Shown here: piece after piece, positions 8,365 through 17,116 of the stretch
Position numbering within the stretch: the stretch's first letter is position 1
How the letters are laid out: each line of letters opens with the position of its first letter
NCBI GenBank assembly: GCA_026129255.1
Contig: JAHCIJ010000002.1
Span: 322,234 to 386,233 of the forward strand
Reading direction: 5' to 3'
DNA: 64,000 nt
From: Anaerolineales bacterium
Lineage (GTDB): Bacteria; Chloroflexota; Anaerolineae; Anaerolineales; UBA11579
Program-made: the position numbers and the translations under genes
Notes under the pieces: model-generated
The model's database searches: none
The model's input: the letters and a program-made list of their open reading frames with translations, nothing else
What the model was told of the DNA's origin: nothing

Positions 8365-9219
8365 GTGGCTATTCGTAAAGTCGCACTTGTAGTATTGCTT
8401 GGGTTGGCCTTGCTGCTGTCCGCCTGTGGCGGCCAGAGCACGGGCGATGCGATCGCCACTGGCATCGCCCAGACCCTGCAGATCAGCCAACTCGAAACCG
8501 CCGCAGCCGGCAACAGCGGCGGCGTGCAAGCTACCGCCGTGCCTGACTCCGGCGGCGCGGCCACCGAGGACAGCGGGGCAAGCGAGCCCACGCATACGCT
8601 GGAGCCGACCCTGGGCACGGCTTATGTGTCTGTAACACAAGACACCAACTGCCGCTCCGGCCCCAGCGTGGCCTACCGGCTGATCACTACCATCACCGCC
8701 GGGCAGCAGGTGGAGGTCATCAAGACCTTTGCTGGCTCGGACTATGTGGTCATCAACAACCCCAACAGCTCGGGTGACTGCTGGTTGTGGCTGCGCTACG
8801 CCACCGCTACCGACTTTTCGGCCTATGATCTGCCCACGGCCACCCAGCCGCCCACGCCCACCGCCACTTTCACGCCGACTGTGACCCCCACGCCGCTGCC
8901 CAGCTTTGGCGGTGGTGCTTGGACCGGCAAGACGCACAATGGCGCCACCAGCTATACCAACCCCATAACTTTCAACATCTCTGGCAACAGCATCAGCGGC
9001 TCTACCATCTGGGCCCTACAAACGTATACCTTCACCGGTACCGTCTCAGCCAATGGTCAACAAGCCAACGGCACCTGGAGCAGCAGCGGAGGCGGCGTTG
9101 GCAATTGGACTGCCTATCTGCTCAACAACAACCAGTTCAATGGCACCATCGGCGCCGGCTGGTCGTTCTGTGGTTGGCGCGGTGGCGCCGGCGAGCCTGG
9201 CGCCTGCCTGGCTCCGTAA
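8365..9219 (+). CDS. Secreted lipoprotein, SH3b-like (paralog 3 of 4)
   Basis: GTG start after AAGGAGAGAGAAA. Lipobox LLSACGG. Same conserved blocks. C-terminal FCGWRGGAGEPGACLAP. Confidence 0.8.
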   Translation: MAIRKVALVVLLGLALLLSACGGQSTGDAIATGIAQTLQISQLETAAAGNSGGVQATAVPDSGGAATEDSGASEPTHTLEPTLGTAYVSVTQDTNCRSGPSVAYRLITTITAGQQVEVIKTFAGSDYVVINNPNSSGDCWLWLRYATATDFSAYDLPTATQPPTPTATFTPTVTPTPLPSFGGGAWTGKTHNGATSYTNPITFNISGNSISGSTIWALQTYTFTGTVSANGQQANGTWSSSGGGVGNWTAYLLNNNQFNGTIGAGWSFCGWRGGAGEPGACLAP

Positions 9220-9241
9220 CCTGTCTGTGAACCCTTTATGC

Positions 9242-9275
9242 GGGGTGGCGCTGAACCAGCGCCACCCCGTTTGGG
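9242..9275 (+). terminator. Hairpin after paralog 3 (weak T-tract)
   Basis: ggggtggcgctg-aacc-agcgccacccc then gtttgggtt. Confidence 0.5.
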
Positions 9276-9356
9276 TTAACCCGCCCAAACGGTTTTTTTG
9301 TGCACGGGGTAAGATTGAACTGCCGTGTTAAGTACTCGTTTTTTCGGAGGAAGACA

Positions 9357-10208
9357 ATGACAGCAAGAAATGTGAGTCTACTTGTGGTGGTGGCGGCCGC
9401 GCTGCTCTTGCAAGCTTGCGCCCCCGCCGATGTGTCCGGCCTGGTGGCCACCGGCATTGCTGGCACCCAGCAGGCCAATGCCTTGCTGACTGAGGCTGCC
9501 GAAGCCAACCTGCCTACGGCTACTCCTGTGACCCCTGAGCCCACGCAGGCGCCTACTCTTGAACCGACGGCCCAACCCACGGTGGTCATCCCGCAGACCG
9601 GCAGCAACGCGCTGCTCACCGTCACGCAAGACACCAACTGTCGCTCCGGCCCGGGCGCGGGCTACGCCTGGCTCAGCACTGTGAAGGCGGGCACGCAGGT
9701 GCAGGTGCTCAAGACCTATAGTGGCGGCAACTACGCCGTCATCGCAGACCCCAACGGCTCTGGCGAGTGCTGGCTGTGGCTGGGCTACACCATGCACAGC
9801 AGCTTTGCTGGCCTGCCCGAGGCGGTCAGGCCGCCGCTGCCCGTGGTCCAAAACCCGGCTCCCACCGCCACCCCGATCTATACCTGGGTGGGTGAGTGGA
9901 ACGTGCGCGTCGTGGACCCCGGCACCGGCATGATCCGCAACGGCCAGATCTCCTTCCACCGTTCGGGCGAAGTCATTACCGGCACGGTCACCCTCGCTCC
10001 GGACAACATCGTCTACGAGCTGGCCGGCTCCATGATGCCCGGCCACGTCAAGGTGGCGGGTGACTACATTCAGGCCACCAATAAAGGCGGCTGGGCCGCT
10101 ACGATGAACCCCAGCCTGGTGCAGTTCTCCGGCAACATCAACGGCATCTACGAGATCTGTGGCTGGCGTGCGGGCAGCCAGATGCCCAACACCTGCTACG
10201 CTCCGTAG
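9357..10208 (+). CDS. Secreted lipoprotein, SH3b-like (divergent paralog 4 of 4)
   Basis: CGGAGGAAG RBS. MTARNVSLLVVVAAALLLQACAP has a lipobox. LVATGIAGTQQANALLTEAAEA, then VTQDTNCRSGPGAGYAWLSTVKAGTQVQVLKTY..GECWLWL, and C-terminal EICGWRAGSQMPNTCYAP. Confidence 0.75.
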   Translation: MTARNVSLLVVVAAALLLQACAPADVSGLVATGIAGTQQANALLTEAAEANLPTATPVTPEPTQAPTLEPTAQPTVVIPQTGSNALLTVTQDTNCRSGPGAGYAWLSTVKAGTQVQVLKTYSGGNYAVIADPNGSGECWLWLGYTMHSSFAGLPEAVRPPLPVVQNPAPTATPIYTWVGEWNVRVVDPGTGMIRNGQISFHRSGEVITGTVTLAPDNIVYELAGSMMPGHVKVAGDYIQATNKGGWAATMNPSLVQFSGNINGIYEICGWRAGSQMPNTCYAP

Positions 10209-10228
10209 GCACATTCCTCACGTTGACC

Positions 10229-10262
10229 AAACGGGCGGCTGATTCAGCCGCCCGTTTTTTTT
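10229..10262 (+). terminator. Intrinsic terminator
   Basis: aaacgggcggctg-attc-agccgcccgttt followed by tttttt. Confidence 0.85.
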
Positions 10263-10328
10263 GTGCTCCGAATGAGGGCACGGCTGGCACGATTCTTGTA
10301 TAGTCTCTAGGTAACTCTCAAAACAAAA

Positions 10329-11099
10329 ATGGAACGTGCTATGAAACTTTCACGAAATCATGCTTTGCTTCTGATGGCCGCCGTCTTGCTGGTGGTGGCG
10401 ATTGCCTGCGTGCGCTCGGCGCCGCTCGGCTCTGATGAAGACCCCGCTCGCGCCACCGAGAAGGTGGCCCAGACGGCCGATGCCCAGATCCAGCAGACGC
10501 TGGATGCCTTGCTCGGCCAGGCTACGCTGGAAAGCGCCGCCACCAACACGCCGCTGCCCACCGCCACAGCCACCACGGAGGTGACCGCGCCGCCCACCAC
10601 GCCCACCGTGACGTTGGAAGCCGCGCAGCTCACGGCGCTGGCCGCGGCCCTCACGCCGCAATCAGCCACCGCTACGCCGGAGGCGACCGCCACGGCAACC
10701 GGCGTGCCCTCTACGGCCACGCCGGCCTGCTACGCCGCTCGCTACGTCTACGATGAAACCTATCCTGACGGCACGCGCGTAGACCCTGGCCAAGCCATGG
10801 CCAAGACCTGGCGCCTGCAGAACGTGGGCACCTGTGATTGGCGTGCTGGCCAGTACGAGCTGTTCTTCGTCGCTGGCGACCGCATGAGTGGCACCTCCCC
10901 GCTCACCATCAACCAAAACGTGCCAGCGGGCGGCTATGCCAACTTCACCGTCAATCTGAGCGCTCCCACCACCCCCGGCACCTACCATGGCGACTGGGTG
11001 CTGCGCTTCGATGGCACGCAACAGGTGGGCGTTGGCCCAGACTTCAACCTGCCGTTCTGGGTCGAGGTTGTGGTGCGCGGCGCTACGCCCTCTCCATAA
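10329..11099 (+). CDS. Secreted or anchored protein with a C-terminal NBR1-type Ig-like (FW) domain
   Basis: N-terminal signal or anchor with Cys, a T/A/P-rich linker, then YDETYPDGTRVDPGQAMAKTWRLQNVGTCDWRAGQYELFFVAGD...VPAGGYANFTVNLSAPTTPGTYHGDWVLR, the N_BRCA1_IG pattern. Start at 10329 or 10341. Confidence 0.7.
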   Translation: MERAMKLSRNHALLLMAAVLLVVAIACVRSAPLGSDEDPARATEKVAQTADAQIQQTLDALLGQATLESAATNTPLPTATATTEVTAPPTTPTVTLEAAQLTALAAALTPQSATATPEATATATGVPSTATPACYAARYVYDETYPDGTRVDPGQAMAKTWRLQNVGTCDWRAGQYELFFVAGDRMSGTSPLTINQNVPAGGYANFTVNLSAPTTPGTYHGDWVLRFDGTQQVGVGPDFNLPFWVEVVVRGATPSP

Positions 11100-11120
11100 G
11101 CCAACGCATTCTTGCATTCA

Positions 11121-11156
11121 AAAAGGGCAGTACCTATGTGTACTGCCCTTTTTTGT
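11121..11156 (+). terminator. Intrinsic terminator
   Basis: aaaagggcagtac-ctatgt-gtactgccctttttt. Confidence 0.85.
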
Positions 11157-11201
11157 TGCTCATCTTGCCGGGGCCGGGCTTTTACAGTAGAGTACATACC
11201 C

Positions 11202-12380
11202 ATGCGCAAAACGGGGTTTCTTATTGCTTTGATGCTGTGGCTGGCGGCATGTACGCTGCCCATGGGGCCGGGTGGCGCGCCGCAAGCGGGCAACCAACCC
11301 GCCCAACCCGAGCCGCAAGCCTCGCCCACGCCTATCAGCTTTGACGCGGCCCTCTCGCTGGCCCAGGATGCTTCGAACCGCGCCGAGTGGGATGTTGCCC
11401 TGGCGTACTTGGATGCCGCGCTGCTTGCCCAGCCTGACAGCGCCCAGGCCCTGCGCCAGCGCGGGCTGACGCATCAATCGGCCGGCAACCTGGAGCAGGC
11501 GCTGGCCGATCTCAGCCAGGCCATCACGCTCGACCCGGCGCAGCCTGCGGCCTACGTCAGCCGCGGCTGGCTGTATGCCCAGCGCGGCGATTCGGCCGCC
11601 GCCCTGGCGGACCTCAACCACGCCATCCAGCTCTCGCCCACCTACGCCCAGGCCTACCGCAACCGCGCCGCGCTGCAGGTCAGCCTGGGGGACTTCACCG
11701 CCGCCAGCTTTGACCTGCAGGTCTATCTCAGCCTCGTGCCCGGCGCGGCGGACGCGGCTGCCGTGCAGGTCGAGCTGGCCGACCTGCAGCAGCAAGCCAG
11801 CGCCCAGGCGGGCGATGCCGGTTTGTTGTTCGTGGATGATTTTTCTGACCCGGCCAGCGGCTGGTACAGCAACGGCGGCCCGGAAACGCAGGCGCAATAC
11901 GTGGAGGGCGGCTACCTGCTTGGCCACAGCCAGCCCAATGCCGTGGTGTGGGCCTTGCCCGCCCGCCTGGTAACCGATACTCGCATCCAGGCCACGGCGA
12001 CCCGCGTCGGTGGCGATGATGACAACTTCTTCGGCCTGCTGTGCCGGGTGCAGGGTACCGGGCAAACCGGCGATTTTTACGCCTTCATTATTAGCAGTGA
12101 CGGCCACTTTGGCATCGCTAAGAAGAGCGGCAGCAGCCTGAGCCTGATCGGGCAGGAGATGATGATGCGCCACCCCGCCATCCGCCTGGGCAGCGAGCCC
12201 AACGTGATCACCGCCATTTGTGCGGGCAACCGGCTGGCGCTATATGTCAATGGGGAGTTTGTGACCGAAACCACGGATGATGAGTACGCCCTCGGTCAGG
12301 CGGGTCTGCTGGCAGGCACCTTTGATATTGGCGGCACCCAGATCCTGTTCGATGATTTCAGCGTCCACCGCGAGCCTTAG
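11202..12380 (+). CDS. TPR-repeat lipoprotein with an uncharacterised beta-rich C-terminal domain
   Basis: MRKTGFLIALMLWLAACTLP has a lipobox. Repeated A..AL.D...AI.L.P..A.AY..RG TPR units follow. ATG at 11202 chosen because the upstream part of the listed ORF overlaps the terminator. Confidence 0.75.
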   Translation: MRKTGFLIALMLWLAACTLPMGPGGAPQAGNQPAQPEPQASPTPISFDAALSLAQDASNRAEWDVALAYLDAALLAQPDSAQALRQRGLTHQSAGNLEQALADLSQAITLDPAQPAAYVSRGWLYAQRGDSAAALADLNHAIQLSPTYAQAYRNRAALQVSLGDFTAASFDLQVYLSLVPGAADAAAVQVELADLQQQASAQAGDAGLLFVDDFSDPASGWYSNGGPETQAQYVEGGYLLGHSQPNAVVWALPARLVTDTRIQATATRVGGDDDNFFGLLCRVQGTGQTGDFYAFIISSDGHFGIAKKSGSSLSLIGQEMMMRHPAIRLGSEPNVITAICAGNRLALYVNGEFVTETTDDEYALGQAGLLAGTFDIGGTQILFDDFSVHREP

Positions 12381-12404
12381 CGGCGGCCAATTCTCTGGCA
12401 AATA

Positions 12405-12433
12405 AAAAAGCCCCGCGGCGAGCGGGGCTTTTT
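12405..12433. terminator. Bidirectional intrinsic terminator
   Basis: aaaaagccccgc-ggcg-agcggggcttttt between convergent genes. Confidence 0.85.
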
Positions 12434-12442
12434 GCGTTGCAA

Positions 12443-12655
12443 TTAGTCGATCACTACAACGTCTTGTGCTTGAGGGCCTTTGTCGCTGTCGCCAACGACG
12501 AATTCCACCCGTTGGCCCTCTTTCAGGGTGCGGAAGCCCTCGGCCACAATCACGCTAAAGTGGACAAAGATGTCACCTCCCGAGTCGCGCTCTAAGAAGC
12601 CGTATCCCTTTGCGCTGTTGAACCACTTGACCGTCCCCTTTTCCTTCTCTGCCAT
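12443..12655 (-). CDS. cspA: Cold-shock protein (CspA family)
   Basis: MAEKEKGTVKWFNSAKGYGFLERDSGGDIFVHFSVI... carries the RNP1/RNP2 motifs. The 70-aa product starts at the internal ATG; the rest of the listed 117-aa ORF is 5' UTR. Confidence 0.9.
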   Translation of the reverse strand: MAEKEKGTVKWFNSAKGYGFLERDSGGDIFVHFSVIVAEGFRTLKEGQRVEFVVGDSDKGPQAQDVVVID

Positions 12656-12799
12656 GCTGCAAAATCTCCTCTCCGATGAAAGCAGGGCCCGGCTCTCTCC
12701 CAGCCGTGCTGGCCCAGGACAATCTCGAGCTTTCGAAATTGTTAAGCAGGATTGTACTTGTCGCCTAAGGCGTGTCAAGCAGAGTTGTAATAGCAAAAT

Positions 12800-12830
12800 A
12801 AAAACACGCTCCTGGCAGAAGCGTGTTTTT
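12800..12830 (-). terminator. Intrinsic terminator after the anti-sigma gene
   Basis: aaaaacacgc-(loop)-gcgtgttttt. Confidence 0.75.
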
Positions 12831-12858
12831 GTCTAGGGTACTAACACAAGCTGAGGGC

Positions 12859-13755
12859 TTACTTGTCTGTGAGATTCTCCAGCAAGCCCTTGATGCCATT
12901 CAAGGCGCTATCCAGATTGGTGCCAATGCTGAGAGACACCCCTTCTTGCTTGCTGACTACATCCAGGCTCACGCCGGGCTGCTCACTTGCCGTATTAACG
13001 GAAACACTCACCGACGGCGCCACCGGCACTACGGGCGAGACCAGCTGAATCGGGTTGGATGGGGTGGAGAGCGGCACCTGCATCGGGTTGTTGCTGATCA
13101 GGTTCTCGACCGTGGGCAGGATGGTGAAGAATTCCTCCACGGTGGAGCCAGCCGCTTCCAGCACGGTTTGCATCTGCTCACGCTGGGCGTGCAGCACGGT
13201 TTGCGCCGAGAGGGCCCGGTTGGGGAGGCTTTCCAGGTCGCGGCGCAGCACCTCCAAGGAGGAGGCGTAGGCGCTCATGGCATCCGGCACGCGCTCAGGG
13301 TTGCCTTCCACGGCCAGCAGCTCCTCCAGGCGGCGCTGGGCAATGCTCAGGTCAGCCTGTACGGGGTTGGTTTGCAGTGAGCGCCACACCTGTTCGCTAT
13401 ACAGCTTGACGGGGTGCAGCACGTCGCCCGGCAGGGCGCTCTGCGCCATGGCGGTGGTGGCGGTGACCAGGGCCAGGCCCACGGCGGCCAGGCCGGAGGC
13501 CAGGCGCGCCCAGCGGAAGCCAGGCGCGTGAAAACCCGGGCGCGCCGCCATATGGGCCTCGAGCGCGGCGCGCCCGCGGGTTTTGGCAGCGGCGGAGAGG
13601 CCCAGCGACTGGACCTGGCGCACCTGTAGCGCAGCCTCAAGCAGCGGCTCCAGTGCCTTGCGGTATTGTGGGTAGTGCTCGAGTGCTTCTGCGGGGGTTT
13701 TGCCCTCGTGCACCAGTGCGATCGCCCTTTCCAGGGCTGTGTCTAAGTTTGCCAC
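12859..13755 (-). CDS. Putative membrane-anchored anti-sigma factor (DUF5667-like)
   Basis: Start overlaps the stop of the ECF sigma gene. One TM helix (LASGLAAVGLALVTATTAMA) between a short N-domain and a helical extracytoplasmic part. No zinc anti-sigma motif seen. Confidence 0.45.
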   Translation of the reverse strand: MANLDTALERAIALVHEGKTPAEALEHYPQYRKALEPLLEAALQVRQVQSLGLSAAAKTRGRAALEAHMAARPGFHAPGFRWARLASGLAAVGLALVTATTAMAQSALPGDVLHPVKLYSEQVWRSLQTNPVQADLSIAQRRLEELLAVEGNPERVPDAMSAYASSLEVLRRDLESLPNRALSAQTVLHAQREQMQTVLEAAGSTVEEFFTILPTVENLISNNPMQVPLSTPSNPIQLVSPVVPVAPSVSVSVNTASEQPGVSLDVVSKQEGVSLSIGTNLDSALNGIKGLLENLTDK

Positions 13756-14351
13756 TATGTCTCCATCAGTTTGGCCAAGGTCTGCAGCCCCCGCATTTGC
13801 AGAGCCCGAACGGCTCCCTGACGCTTTCCTAATACTTTTGCTACTTCTTCCGTATCTAATCCGTGAACGAGCTTCAGGGTGAGCACGTTACGCTGGTCTT
13901 CGGTCAGACTCTCCATAAGCTGCAGGATCTTCTCTGCCTCTAATTTTAGGGATACGCCCTCAGATACCGAGTGCGCATTGCGGTCTGTGGAGTTGATCGC
14001 CGCCTCCAGCGGGGCGACCTCCTTGCGGGTACGGTAATGGTCGATCACCGCATTGCGGGCGATGCGGAACAGCCAGGCACGGAAGGGCAAACCGCGCTGT
14101 TGGTAGTTGCCCAGCTTTTCCCAGGCTCGCAAGAACACTCCAGAGGTGATGTCCTCGGCGGTTTGCTGGTCTTCCACCCGGATATAGATAAAGCGAAAGA
14201 TGCTGTCTACGTAGGTGTCATAAAGCAAGGCGAAGGCTTGTTGACCGCCTTGTATCGCTTCGCTGACAACTTGCTCTTCCTGGTGGAGCTGTTTTGTGTT
14301 TGGCAAATGGCGAACCGTTCTATTGTAGCCGCTAGAGTATATCGCAAGCAT
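13755..14351 (-). CDS. ECF (sigma-24 type) RNA polymerase sigma factor
   Basis: Region 2 reads FALLYDTYVDSIFRFIYIRV..AEDITSGVFLRAWEKL...RAWLFRIARNAVIDHYR. Region 4 reads QRNVLTLKLVHGLDTEEVAKVLGKRQGAVRALQMRGLQTL. Confidence 0.9.
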   Translation of the reverse strand: MLAIYSSGYNRTVRHLPNTKQLHQEEQVVSEAIQGGQQAFALLYDTYVDSIFRFIYIRVEDQQTAEDITSGVFLRAWEKLGNYQQRGLPFRAWLFRIARNAVIDHYRTRKEVAPLEAAINSTDRNAHSVSEGVSLKLEAEKILQLMESLTEDQRNVLTLKLVHGLDTEEVAKVLGKRQGAVRALQMRGLQTLAKLMET

Positions 14352-14362
14352 CGCCCCAGAAT

Positions 14363-14437
14363 TGTTGGCTCAACATTTGTTGAGCACAACACTTGTTGAG
14401 CACAATGCTGTTGAGCATAACGCTGTGGGCATAACTT
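14363..14437. promoter_or_regulatory. Array of about 5 tandem 15-16 bp units, each a TGTTG-N4-CAACA-like palindrome, just upstream of the ECF sigma gene
   Basis: ttgttggctcaaca / tttgttgagcacaaca / cttgttgagcacaatg / ctgttgagcataacg / ctgtgggcataact. Confidence 0.6.
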
Positions 14438-14571
14438 GCATGTACACCAGCTCGTTGTAGTTTCCAATGCGGCACTTGCTGCAGGCACAAGATACCCGCG
14501 ATCCCCGCTGGTGGCTGTGTACATTGGTACTGTTTGTGTCACCGCGTGCTAACAAAGGAGGGTAGCTTCTG

Positions 14572-14697
14572 ATGGAACTGTTGGCCCACTACCAACCCAT
14601 GAGCAATGAATTGCCCCAGGTGGCGCTATTTTTGCTGGTGGTCGCCATCGGGCTGGGGGCGGGCGCAGCGGTGCTGCTCTCGCGCCGGCTCAGCTAG
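14572..14697 (+). CDS. Small (41 aa) single-TM protein, below the ORF-track cutoff
   Basis: AAAGGAGGG RBS 9 nt upstream. MELLAHYQPMSNELPQVALFLLVVAIGLGAGAAVLLSRRLS. Confidence 0.4.
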   Translation: MELLAHYQPMSNELPQVALFLLVVAIGLGAGAAVLLSRRLS

Positions 14698-14724
14698 TAG
14701 CCTAGCGCCTCGCTATCGCTTCGG

Positions 14725-15087
14725 CTAGCCTAGCTGGGCGTCTACCGCTTCCATGAAACTGCTGAGACGATAGGGCTTGTGCAACAGACCGCTGAAGCCA
14801 TCTGCGCCCAGGCCGGGCTGGATGGCGCTGGCCGGTGTAGCCGTACACGCCAGCACGGGCGTGTGTTCCAGCCCCGCCATGGCGCGTAACCGCGTGAGGA
14901 AGCTGCGCGCGTCAATATCTGGCAGCCAGTAGTCATACACGATCAGGTCTGGCCGGTATTTGTTGGCCAGGATCAGGCCATCTTCCCCCGTTGCTGCGAT
15001 CACAACTTCGTGGCCATAGCGGCGCAAAATTTGGGCTGCCAGCTCAGCGCTGTCTGGCATGTCCTCTACTACAAGAATTTTTGACAT
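14725..15087 (-). CDS. Stand-alone response-regulator receiver protein (CheY-like)
   Basis: MSKILVVEDMPDSAE...PDLIVYDYWLPDIDA...PVLACTA...HKP shows receiver-domain acidic pocket and Lys positions. Confidence 0.85.
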   Translation of the reverse strand: MSKILVVEDMPDSAELAAQILRRYGHEVVIAATGEDGLILANKYRPDLIVYDYWLPDIDARSFLTRLRAMAGLEHTPVLACTATPASAIQPGLGADGFSGLLHKPYRLSSFMEAVDAQLG

Positions 15088-15374
15088 ATTTGTAAGTGTC
15101 CCAGCCTTACTCAGGAGCGTATGCTATCGTAGCACGCCCTACTTTGGCCTTTCACTATCATTTTTGTCAGAATAGGCGTTGTGTTCAGTTCCCATCCTGG
15201 TTTTGCCCTCTGTTTTGGTGTGCAATCCGCCAATACTCAGATGATTGACAGCCAACTTTCGCCCATGCTAGAATTTTGTCCAGTGCTAGCAGTTGTCAAG
15301 GCAGTTGGGTGTTCCACTGATCGACGAGCCATCGTCAGACCTTCTAGCAACTTTGAGAAAGGAGGCTCCGGATC

Positions 15375-15590
15375 ATGGCTGAACGCGTAACCGGCGAAGT
15401 CAAGTGGTTCAATGCGACCAAAGGCTTTGGCTTCATCAAGCGGGACGATGGCGAAGATGTGTTTGTACACTTCAGCGCCATTGTGGGTGAGGGCTATCGC
15501 TCCTTGGAGGAAGGCCAGCGGGTAGAGTTCGTTGTTGTCCAGGGCCAAAAAGGCCCACAGGCGCAAGACGTAACCCCTGTACTTTCCTAA
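15375..15590 (+). CDS. cspA: Cold-shock protein (CspA family), second copy
   Basis: [36 protein letters not shown]... Confidence 0.9.
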   Translation: MAERVTGEVKWFNATKGFGFIKRDDGEDVFVHFSAIVGEGYRSLEEGQRVEFVVVQGQKGPQAQDVTPVLS

Positions 15591-15615
15591 AGACCCCACT
15601 TTTGCTTGCCCACAC

Positions 15616-15644
15616 AAAAGCGGCGCCCATCAGGCGCCGCTTTT
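15616..15644. terminator. Bidirectional intrinsic terminator (overlaps the 3' end of the HD-GYP gene)
   Basis: aaaagcggcgcc-catc-aggcgccgctttt. Confidence 0.8.
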
Positions 15645-17066
15645 ATTATGCATGGTGTGGATCCTGCCCTCTTGTACTAACCGCACCCAACGCTCTACCA
15701 GAGCAGGCTCAAACTGCGTTCCGCTGTTCTGCTGCAGATAGCTCAACGCTTCGTCTACCGACCATGCGTGGCGGTAGGCGCGGCTGGAGGTGAGCGCATC
15801 GAACACATCACTCACTGCCATGATGCGCGCCAACAGCGGGATCGCGTCGCCCACCAATCCATCGGGATAGCCCTGGCCATCCAGGCGCTCGTGGTGCCAG
15901 CGCACAATGCCGAGCTCCTCATCCATGAAGCCGAGGCGCGCACACATGGCATAGCCCGCCAGCGTGTGCGCTTCGATGGTTTTGCGCTCGGCGGCGGTGA
16001 GCGGACCGACCTTGTTGAGCAGCTCGCCCGGCACTTCCAGCTTGCCTATGTCGTGCATCACGCCGCCTTGCACCAGCGCCCGCAGCTGCTCTGGGCGCAG
16101 CGCCAAAGCCTGGCCCAGGCGCAGCGCACCCAGCGCTACGCGCTGTTGGTGGCCGGCCGTATACGGATCACGCGCCTCGGTGGCCGCCACCAGGTTGCGC
16201 ACAGAGTCGGAGATGCCAGCCTGAATTTGCTCATCCGGATTGGTGCTGAACAAACCCTGCAGCGCCAGCATGGGTGCGCCGGGTTGGCGGTATTGGTACA
16301 CAATGCCGATCACGCAAGCGATGACGCAGAACAACAACAAGAAGTGATATGTCCACCAGCTGAGATAGAAGGCCTGGCCGGTGGTGATGATGAATTGTGA
16401 AACCGCCACCCAGCCCGCAGTATAGGCGACCGCCAGCTGGAAGGGGAAGCGCGAGTAGCGGTAGGAGCGCCAGTAACGCCAAAAGGCGATGGCCGACATG
16501 AGGATAGTAAGCACGGTGACCAACAGCCGCAACGGCTGCTCATGCACTGGCAGCCAGGCAACGATCTCAGGCTGGTTCAGCGCCCAGATGCCGAATACCA
16601 GCAGCGCCAAGGGGTATAGCGTGAGTAAAGCGCGCGGCGAACGGCCCAGCCAGGCGTTGATCGGGTTGTGGCTGGGCAGGGCTGAGATCAGCAGCCAGAA
16701 GCTGGTGGTGAGCACCGCCAACTCAGCCGCCGCGCCCACCAGCACGTTGGGGCCGAGCACAAAGCCGGGGGTCGCCAGCCCGTGCACGCTGAACAACCCC
16801 GCCAATGAGATAAAGGCCAGCGCAACATACAGCACCTGCAGATTGCGCTGCCGTACGCCGACCACGCCCACCACCAGCGCGATGCTCAAAGAGATCAGCG
16901 CAGTGATGCTGACAATGTGAAAGTGATGGGCGGCATGGCGCAGCAGCACATCGCTTTGCGGCGCCAGGTAGCGGATGAAGATATACAAGAAGAAAGGGAG
17001 GAAGATCCCAAGGAACGGATTGCGATACGTCAGCAAACCCGTGAGGTGCCGCCGAATGCTGCTCAT
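15630..17066 (-). CDS. Membrane-bound HD-GYP domain protein (putative c-di-GMP phosphodiesterase)
   Basis: About 8 N-terminal TM helices, then ...TAGHQQRVA...GVMHDIGKLEVP...RWHHERLDGQGYPDGL... (HD and GYP motifs). Confidence 0.85.
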   Translation of the reverse strand: MSSIRRHLTGLLTYRNPFLGIFLPFFLYIFIRYLAPQSDVLLRHAAHHFHIVSITALISLSIALVVGVVGVRQRNLQVLYVALAFISLAGLFSVHGLATPGFVLGPNVLVGAAAELAVLTTSFWLLISALPSHNPINAWLGRSPRALLTLYPLALLVFGIWALNQPEIVAWLPVHEQPLRLLVTVLTILMSAIAFWRYWRSYRYSRFPFQLAVAYTAGWVAVSQFIITTGQAFYLSWWTYHFLLLFCVIACVIGIVYQYRQPGAPMLALQGLFSTNPDEQIQAGISDSVRNLVAATEARDPYTAGHQQRVALGALRLGQALALRPEQLRALVQGGVMHDIGKLEVPGELLNKVGPLTAAERKTIEAHTLAGYAMCARLGFMDEELGIVRWHHERLDGQGYPDGLVGDAIPLLARIMAVSDVFDALTSSRAYRHAWSVDEALSYLQQNSGTQFEPALVERWVRLVQEGRIHTMHNKSGA

Positions 17067-17116
17067 AAGGCACTGAGATTATAGCACTGGCCTATGGGGC
17101 GTTTATACTCGTGCGC

